The position numbers were made by a program, and so were the translations under genes. Shown here piece after piece: positions 56,230-64,000 of a stretch of 64,000 bases of DNA. Numbering within the stretch: the stretch's first letter is position 1; the number at the start of each line of letters is the position of its first letter. Source of the stretch: Balanoglossus misakiensis (Eukaryota > Animalia > Hemichordata); contig CM082576.2 of the NCBI GenBank assembly GCA_040954595.2, positions 5,740,760 through 5,804,759 of the forward strand. Reading direction: 5' to 3'. The notes beneath the pieces are model-generated. The model did not search any database and had not been told where the DNA came from. It worked only from the letters and a program-made list of their open reading frames with translations.

Positions 56230-56800
56230 GTTGGAAAACTTGACAGCAAGGCTTAGACAGAAGATAGTATGCGATCACATCAACGAAGGCTTCATGGTGG
56301 TCCCTATATCCCAGGCTATAGCCCTCCTCTATGCTTCCCCTTCGCGACTAACTGTTGCACTGCAGGAATGGTTGGTTGGGCAGTACGGTGCGATCGGTAT
56401 AACGTAAACCTTTCCCAAACACTAGATCTGCCTCCAGAAGCTCTAAATCTTGGTGATCCAACTAGCTATCTGGAAGGATCCAAATTTGTTTGCATGTCAA
56501 CGGACTTTGAGACGTCACTTGGCCGCCATATTGTTTGGTGTTGCCGTGGAGGGGCGGGATCACATGTCGCAATAATTTGCATACGTAATTGACAAGCAAA
56601 TTTCCCTTGAAGGTACGTACGTATCGAGTGCGCAGGTGTTTCCTATATTTTTCATTATGGTAAAACCGTCTACAGTTATTTCCTCTACATGTCAACAGCA
56701 AAAGGGAAAACGCATAGGAATTGTCAATGTATACGGGATCCACTAGTTCTGAATAAGTGTTTTGCTCTTTCAATTCTAAGGAAACTTCCATAGCAACGCA
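56230..56800 (-). promoter_or_regulatory. Putative KIAA2012 promoter
   Basis: CpG-enriched; YY1-type GCCGCCATATTG at 56522-56533; GC box GGGGCGGG near 56551; X-box (RFX)-like ACTTCCATAGCAAC at 56784-56797. Confidence 0.45.
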
Positions 56801-57750
56801 TCACCTCAAAGTTCAGACTGTTCATACTTTTTTACGAGGATTTTAAAGAAAGTAGGTTTACTTGCCATGCCATTTTTTAAAAAATGTACTGCATCTGCAT
56901 TTAATTGTATATGTGCTACACACATATTTCAGAAAGACAGACAGTGATTGATAGATAGATGGGCAAAGTAGATTGCATAGCCAGGGACTAAGAAAAACAC
57001 ACTGAAATTTATATTATGGTTCTGAAGACAATTTTGCACAGAAATGTTACTTTTATATCATGGACTTGGTTTTTTTTCACCCTCTATAAGACATAGGGCA
57101 CAATCTTTCGTTTTTATTGAGCAGCACTGTTCAGTTTGCTTCTGTAGTGACAGTGGAGGTCAGGTACTAGGTATCTACCAGGGCTTTGTGATAGAAGGCA
57201 GCACAGGGGAGGAAATAAAAAGATCACACCAAACAAACAAAAATGTAAAAGTAACACTAAGTTTTATTATTCTATGATCTCCTTCAATGGTTCATACATA
57301 TGAAGCTATCGAAAGAAATCAGTAAAAAGCAGTGAAATTACATGGACATTTCCCCTTCATATAAAAAATGTATGATGTGATGAACAATAATTGAAAGTAA
57401 CAGAACATTTGTTAATTAAAACCAACTGTAGAATGTGGACATGGTCTAAAAATACTAATTTTAAATGGCATACCAGCAATCTAAAAATAAACATCAACAA
57501 ACATAAAGTTATGAATTCATGATCATGATCTCCTCTTTGGGTACAGATTAGTTTGTCATAATTATTTCAGATTAAGTTCCTGAGAATATAATGTGTAGTG
57601 CAACACCATAAAATAATTCAGATATAAAATGCTTGCTTACATCCACTGGTGCAAAATATTCTAAACATACTAGAAACCGTACACTTTTTCCCCCCAACCA
57701 TAATTCCTGCACCATTTTTACAAAGTTCAAGCCGTTCAGCAATACTCCAG

Positions 57751-57837
57751 GTGAATTCTCTCGGATTCATCAAGAACACAGCCTAGTGGTGATTGTGCCA
57801 CTTTTCAGCTGATCCCATCATACAGAGATTCCTCACT
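57751..57837 (-). promoter_or_regulatory. SECIS element (form 2) of the proximal SELENOW paralog
   Basis: Minus strand reads GAATCTCT-gt-ATGA-T-GGGATCAGCT-g-AAAA-GTGG..CCAC-ta-GGCTGTGTTCT-TGA-tgaatccg-AGAGAATTC: AUGA/GA quartet, ~10-bp helix II, apical As with a mini-helix, and helix I; lies in a 3'UTR exon starting at 57864. Confidence 0.9.
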
Positions 57838-58146
57838 GGGAATAGTCCAAGCGCTGCTTCAAAACTGTAAAGGGAATGAGAAACAAAAAGAGGTTTTCAA
57901 GCAAGGGTAACACCAGAATACATAAATCATGAATATATTGGGACAGAATTTTGAGCACATGCCAGCCCAACTGAGATGCTCAGCTGTTTACATAGGAGAC
58001 ACTGGCCTTACGGAAAATCAAAGTATATTATGAACCCTGTACCATAAGTCTGTGAAAGCAAATTACGAGTTCTTGTGTGTGAAATAAATATTTTCATGAC
58101 AAACCTTTGTGATTTTCTTCATTTGGTAACACATACACATCTTAAA

Positions 58147-59322
58147 TTACTTCAGATTCTCTTCAATGGCTTTGGCAATCTTTGCATATTTGGCTTTGGA
58201 ATCTACATAGCCATCATGCTGGAAGATACAAATATTATGTTATAGTATAGTGACAAGTAACAAGCAATACTCAGGTATTGAAGATGCTTTACCAAAAATT
58301 TACCTTTTTATGGTGGATCATCTTGCCATCGACTTCGACCTCAAACCTTCCACTGATACCACGTAATTTTACTCCTTCCTAAAATACATAAATATGACTA
58401 TCATGGTTTGAAATAGAACTTCGCAGCAGTTGAGTTTTGGCCATATCTGTAGATTTCTTGTGATGATGACTTCAACCAAACAAAATCCCATCTGCAGTCC
58501 AGCATGCAAATCGATCTGCACATGAAATACTCGGGTCATGTGTGCAGCAATTCTTAGGTTTTGCAGTGGACAGACAGACATATATCGATGTGCAAGTATA
58601 CATGTACATAAACACAGACCTGAGAAAATCATTCCACATCATTCATAAACATGATAAAACATACTAACTCACAATGTCAAGTTCACCTGGGAAGTCATCC
58701 TCCAGTTCCATCTTTAATTTGCGGAACTGAAAAGCGACAATGATAACAAGGTTTTTTAATGATAACTTTTTGTAAACTTCGGAGACCAAATTTCAGTCAA
58801 ATTATGGTTGCACCATCCCGGTTGTGCAAATTAGCTCCAGCTTCATATTTCTTTTCATAAAAGCACTGATAAGAACATCGAAAAATTATGTCAATTAACC
58901 AACAGTTGGGATTTCAGTCAACATTTTCTGCAAGATGGATCATGACTCACCTTGGAGTCGTACCCTCATCCACCTCTGCAAGAAAGAATGATTTTCATTA
59001 CTGAATGCCTAGGAAATGTTATACATAAACATTACAATGACAGTTATATAACACTAGGGCAACGCCTTATTTTTTATTTAAAAATAGACTCCGCGCTCCC
59101 TTGACAAACAATCAACGCAGTGGCAATGGCGCGGGGGGGGGGGGGGGGTGGTGGCACCCCTCAAAGTCCGCTGTTCCGATCGGCCGCCGACATCCTTTCT
59201 GAAATTGACATGATGAGTCACGATGATTATTGCAAAGCACACACTTGATACATGACAAGCAGACTCCGCGATCTCCGGCGAAATAAAACTTACCAGTAGG
59301 TTATTTTTACTTTCACAGTCAT
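58147..59322 (-). CDS. SELENOW: Selenoprotein W paralog B with a UxxU motif, 84 aa; exons 59322-59294, 58975-58951, 58726-58673, 58378-58304, 58218-58147
   Basis: Spliced: MTVKVKITY-U-GG-U-GYDSKFRKLKMELEDDFPGELDIEGVKLRGISGRFEVEVDGKMIHHKKHDGYVDSKAKYAKIAKAIEENLK*. Rdx/SelW motifs present (GxFEV, HxKK..G.VD); exon sizes 29/25/54/75 match the sister gene; SECIS downstream. Confidence 0.88.
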
Positions 59323-60127
59323 GTTGCTTGTTTGTTGAAGCTGGCTTCAATACAATCTACACCTGGTGTCCTTTTTCGGAGACTTGGTAGTTGATTGGGT
59401 ATATAGAGTCGATTCTTCTGGTCAGTGTTTATCGAAATTGATCGCCCGGTTTTTTTTATGCGCGCTGGGTAGTTAATACGCAGCCAGTTACCCTAGCTCC
59501 GCAAAAATTCCAGATAACGTTTACGCATGCCCACTACTGTCAAGAAAAAACTTGCGACCTTGTTCTGATGTTTATAGATTTATTCAAACATTCGAAAATT
59601 TATAGAAATCAGAAACCATGAAATAATAATAAATTTCAAGACTTGTACAAATCACCGCTTGTAACTGGAGGCCCAACACATAGCATAGCAACAAAGTAAC
59701 TCCACATGTGCAGTGACTGTGATTAACAATTTTAATGAATTGTCACAAACATTCAATAAAAAAAAGTTTAATCATCTACTTTTCCGGCTTACGGGAGCTT
59801 TGTACGTGTGTGTTGTCTAAAACACACAGATGACAATACAGCTCTGTTTCACACAGAATGATTTGATCATAATTTTAATTTCATAATGAAAGACTGAACA
59901 ACCACAAAGTGGTTGCTGTTATTCAAACATTAACTGCAAACACAAAATTGATTTTCCTAATTTTGGAATATGTTAGAACTACATAACGGTAGTCTGAATA
60001 CAGTGGACTAAATTGCTGTTACTGAAACTTAAAAATAAATGATTTTCCTTACATGTATTTGGCGAATATGTTTAATTGAACTACATGTCTATATATGTAA
60101 CAAAGTCGAAAGTATGATCTGATCAAA

Positions 60128-60214
60128 GTGAATTCTCTCGGATTCATCAAGAATACAGCCCAGTGGTGGTTTTGCCACTTTTCAGCTGATCCCATCATAA
60201 AGAGATTCCCCACT
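60128..60214 (-). promoter_or_regulatory. SECIS element (form 2) of the distal SELENOW paralog
   Basis: Minus strand: ATGA at 60198-60195, helix II GGGATCAGCT/GGCTGTATTCT, apical AAAA plus GTGG/CCAC mini-helix, 3' TGA at 60149-60147; lies in a 3'UTR exon starting at 60237. Confidence 0.9.
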
Positions 60215-60410
60215 TGGAGCAAAACAGACTGGTTCAACTGAAAAGTAAACAAAACAATGATAGAAATGTTTTTAAATCACTTGTAAATGTCAAGAATTCT
60301 ACAAGACTTTTAATCTTATTATTTTCAAAGATGTAATTATAATGGTGCTGCTGAACAAAATTCGAAGGCACAAACCTTTGTTAGTTGGAGAATATCTCAG
60401 TGAAAACTCC

Positions 60411-62087
60411 TCATTTCAGTTTTTCACTGATGGCTGATGATATCTTCATCATTTTTTCTTGGCTATCAATGAAACCCTCACCACCCTAAAAACAGTTAGT
60501 TCAAATATGTTATTTTTGGCCGTAATTACTATAAACATTTTTACAACCACCATAACACCACATGCTATTACAAAGTGTACTAAATACGTGTCTATTAATT
60601 AATTGTCAGTATTTTCATGAATACATATATAAACATCATGGAACTACTTTCTGTTTGTATAAAAGGTGAATACTTTGAAAGATAAAGTCCGTCCCAGCTC
60701 TAATTGTCAGAACAAACAATTAGTGTATTTGGTAACTTTCAAATTGATGGAAATACTTGCTTTGATCAAAATAGAGCTGCATAGCTTGAACACATCACTT
60801 GTATAAAATGACTTCTATTTGGCCCAGATTGTGCATAGAGGTTGTGGACTTCTGTCACATACAGTCATTACTGACAACAAGGGTTGACGAGTATGGTGTC
60901 ATGCGTGCAGCTATAAAGCAGAATGAGGGGTCACATTGAGGGATCCTATTTCAAGAGCAAGGAACTGAAAGCAATTAACTCACCTTTTTGGAGTGGACGA
61001 GAGTGCCATCAATCTCCACTTCAAATAAGCCAGTCAAAGAAGTGGTAAATGATTCCTCCTGCAAATTTGTCAAAGAAACATTAAGTCAGATATAAAACTC
61101 ATTATGAAAACTACAGAAAGGTAATTAATTAACAGAAAACATTGCTCTGAAGAATGCTAATTACATTTTACAAACTGAATTTAGTATTGAGAAATTTATC
61201 CCATTTTTGCATCAGCTAGATCATAATAATATCATTTTCCTTCCAATGTTTTGGAAGGATCAAAACAAAAACAAAAGTTGGTCAGTATGCACACTTACAA
61301 AGTCAAGGGCACCAGGGAATGCAGCATTGAGCTCCATTTTCAGCTTCCGGGCCTGAATCAGACAAAAAAATCATTAAATATTAAACCCAGCTTATTATTG
61401 TTTTGTTGCAAGCCCATGTGTGTGGTAGACGGCCTTGAAAAATGTTTTCAGCAAAATCTGTTCTAATAATAGAACAATGAGCATATGTTGTTTCATTGAA
61501 CAATAATTTCCTTGGAAACAGAGATCTGTAGTTAATAAATCAAAATAGTGCAAGAAACTAACACTGTGACTGAGCTTATGTTCATACCAATTTAGAATCT
61601 GACTTACCCTAGGTGCGTACCCTCATCCACCACTGTGAAAAGAAAAAAAACAAACAAATTTCAATGTCAAAAAGTGGTTTTATACTTAGGGACTGGTCAG
61701 TTTCTTTGGACCCGAAAATGAAAACGAAACTGCTGGAATCACATATCAGGTTCTGGCTGTTCCATCATGTCTTTTAATACCGACATACAAATCTCAGCCA
61801 TAAAAGACGCAGTCCCTCTAGAAAATTAGGGTAGGCGATGGCCTGTGGACTCATAGACACTGTAAAATTAAAGATGAGTATTTCAATTATGCGTGAGCGG
61901 TGACAGCGTCACCAAGGTCACCTTAGCGTCACCATAACAGACACACACAATATGGGCCTTTGGGATTGCAGCTAACCAACTGGTGTATGTAAATCCTGTT
62001 AATACCGTCTATAACGTACTGTACATGTAGACCTATTAAATGTAAACCAAACACTCACCAGCGAGTGATTTTAACCTTCAGTCCCAT
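60411..62087 (-). CDS. SELENOW: Selenoprotein W paralog A with the canonical CxxU motif, 85 aa; exons 62087-62059, 61632-61608, 61352-61299, 61058-60984, 60485-60411
   Basis: Spliced: MGLKVKITR-C-GG-U-GYAPRARKLKMELNAAFPGALDFEESFTTSLTGLFEVEIDGTLVHSKKGGEGFIDSQEKMMKISSAISEKLK*. In-frame TGA at 61625-61623; SelW motifs TGxFEV and LVHSKKxGxGFID; SECIS downstream. Confidence 0.92.
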
Positions 62088-62282
62088 TTTCTTCCAATTT
62101 CGTTATCAGTTCAGAACACTCGTTTTGTGAGTTTGTGAGTCAGCTAGCTGTGTAAAGACAACTGTTGAATGGCCAATGGTGCGATTGTTGACTGGGTCAG
62201 GGTATAAATGCCACCCACAACTGTGTACAAGAAGTTAGGGAGCTTTTACTATTAAAATAGTGTTGTGTGATCATGGACAGTG

Positions 62283-62351
62283 ACACACACACACATGCAT
62301 ACACACACACATATATACACACACACAGACACACACACACACACACACACA
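62283..62351. repeat. Interrupted (CA)n microsatellite upstream of SELENOW-A
   Basis: Direct reading. Confidence 0.85.
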
Positions 62352-63780
62352 TGTATTAATTAACCTGTCTTAAAAAGGCTATAGGCCTATACTAGTATAC
62401 ACAGTCGTCGTGGTAAATGTTTTACGATGTTAATTGCTATTTTATAAACTAGTAAATCTTGCTGATGTCATCGTTGCACTATTGCTATATAATATTTCCA
62501 CACGAGCGAATTTAAATTGTACGACCTCTTTTGATTACAGGGACTGTAATAAAGTGGCCAGTATAAACAAGTGTCTACTATACAGATGTGGCCACTATCA
62601 ATTTTACAACTATGGGGTCTGAAAGGCGGGTCTGGAACATACCAGTAGTTTATTACATCCATAATAAGCGGCCTTTCTCACCATGGTCTTCATTGCGCAT
62701 GCACTAGAAAACAGAAAGTTATGACTGCCAGAATGGTTTAACACTGTCATAGGCAATCACCGTGTAAAGACAACCCTCATGCGACTGTGCTAACAACGGG
62801 AAATATTCGGCGTGCATGATTGTTTGATTGTTGTAGGCATGCGTTTCAAGTAAGTTCATAGAATTTTACCACTGGAAACTACGTTTACGTACTAGTGTAT
62901 TGGACATCGAGCGAAATAGCTACAATGTAGCTACGTAGATCACATCACGACAGTCACCAGACCTCGTTAGGGTATGTAGTGACAGATTGTGTCTGCGTCT
63001 AGCTTTAATCACCGTCACTAATTAAACACTCGTTTCCGATGCTGATCTGGTTGACGATGACCGCCTTCGTTTCGAAGCCTATGATGAAAAATGGTTCTTT
63101 TTGCCTTTAATGTAGGCCCATGGTGTACGTGGTTTTCTCCCCATTGTCAGTCTGTTTGTGGCCTCATTAATTAGGCTAATTTACAAAGCCACAAAGGGTA
63201 GTGTCATGCATTCGGCACGTCGATTCAAACGTCTGAATCGTCAACAACGTACTCAGGATATATGCCTTATGAAGCTTCATTCTGGTGCGCTATATACACC
63301 CAAAGTTCACAGTTTCTGCCTCTGATCATGCTAATGGTGTCGCAACAAACATTAGCTGTTGATGTCGTCACACCCAAACTAAACCGTTGGTGACATCGAC
63401 AGAGAGGGCGCCCTTTGAAGTGGCAGTATCCGAGGCCTCTTTACATGTACATGGTTCAGAAATATTTCTGATTAAAGAAGGGGTAGGCCTAAAGTCTGGA
63501 AGGCATTGAAATAGAATTTGAAGTAAATGAAACAAGATTCAAACCTCCAACATTCCATAATCGAGGTATTTTTGTATTTTCCTGTAACTTTAAAACTGTT
63601 ATTTTTCTATCATAATTTCAATGTGTATATTCCCCTTGTTTTCTTCTATTTTTTTTCTTTCCTTTATTTCATATTTATCATAATGTAAGATTTGAGCCCC
63701 GAAGAATTTACGTTTCAATTGTCCTTTCAGATTATAAGGAACCTGAAGTGCATTTGAACTTAAAGATTGAAGTGACCACC

Positions 63781-63862
63781 ATGATGGATTTTCACAAGAC
63801 TGCACTGTTCACGTTGTTTGTTGCTCTTTCAACGACTGTTCGCTGCGCAAATACTGTCAGAC
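63781..63862 (+). CDS. First coding exon (signal peptide) of an unidentified secreted or membrane protein that continues beyond the window
   Basis: CACC-ATG Kozak context; MMDFHKTALFTLFVALSTTVRCANTVR has the n/h/c signal-peptide layout; ends at a phase-1 GTAAGT donor. Confidence 0.55.
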
Positions 63863-64000
63863 GTAAGTATAAGTTTTCTCTTTCGAAGAACGAAGAAATA
63901 TTGCAAGGGCAGACGAGAAAATGTGCGTCTTCGAAAGAAAGAAAGATAGAAAGAAAGAGCGGAGTATACCATGGAGACTTAATATTCTCAGAATTTACCT

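Noticed and set aside
57100-57750. Possible second SECIS for the two-Sec paralog (ATGA..AAA..TGA near 57510-57562 on the minus strand)
   Set aside because: No convincing helix II pairing; only one SECIS per gene is supported
60049-60252. ORF-track peptide MFTFQLNQ..MMGSAEKWQNHHWAVFLMNPREFT, with a near-identical copy at ~57750-57840
   Set aside because: It is a chance translation of the duplicated SECIS in 3'UTR exons, not a duplicated coding exon
1-64000. CRISPR arrays, rRNA/tRNA genes or prokaryotic defence systems
   Set aside because: The window is spliceosomal-intron-rich eukaryotic DNA; no repeat-spacer arrays or structural RNA genes were recognised

Overview
AT-rich, intron-containing animal genomic DNA, probably a marine invertebrate (hemichordate/echinoderm-like by inference only; not determinable here). 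Gene order from spliced models built by hand: 3' half of salvador/SAV1 (+); a CCDC42/CFAP73-family (DUF4200) coiled-coil gene (-) with an internally deleted Kolobok-like DNA transposon in an intron; an SMIM26-like gene (-) head-to-head with RNASEH2C (+); DHTKD1 (-); a ~30 kb KIAA2012-like gene (-); two tandem selenoprotein W (SELENOW) paralogs (-), each with a SECIS in a separate 3'UTR exon; and the signal-peptide exon of an unknown secreted-protein gene (+) at the right edge. The SELENOW genes are invisible in the ORF track because of their micro-exons and in-frame TGA. Main discovery: the proximal paralog (58147-59322) reads U-G-G-U instead of the usual C-x-x-U. Its extra Sec codon is formed only by splicing (TG|A across intron 1), which predicts a diselenide-capable SelW next to a conventional CxxU sister gene. 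All coordinates and identities were counted by hand; no database searches were run.
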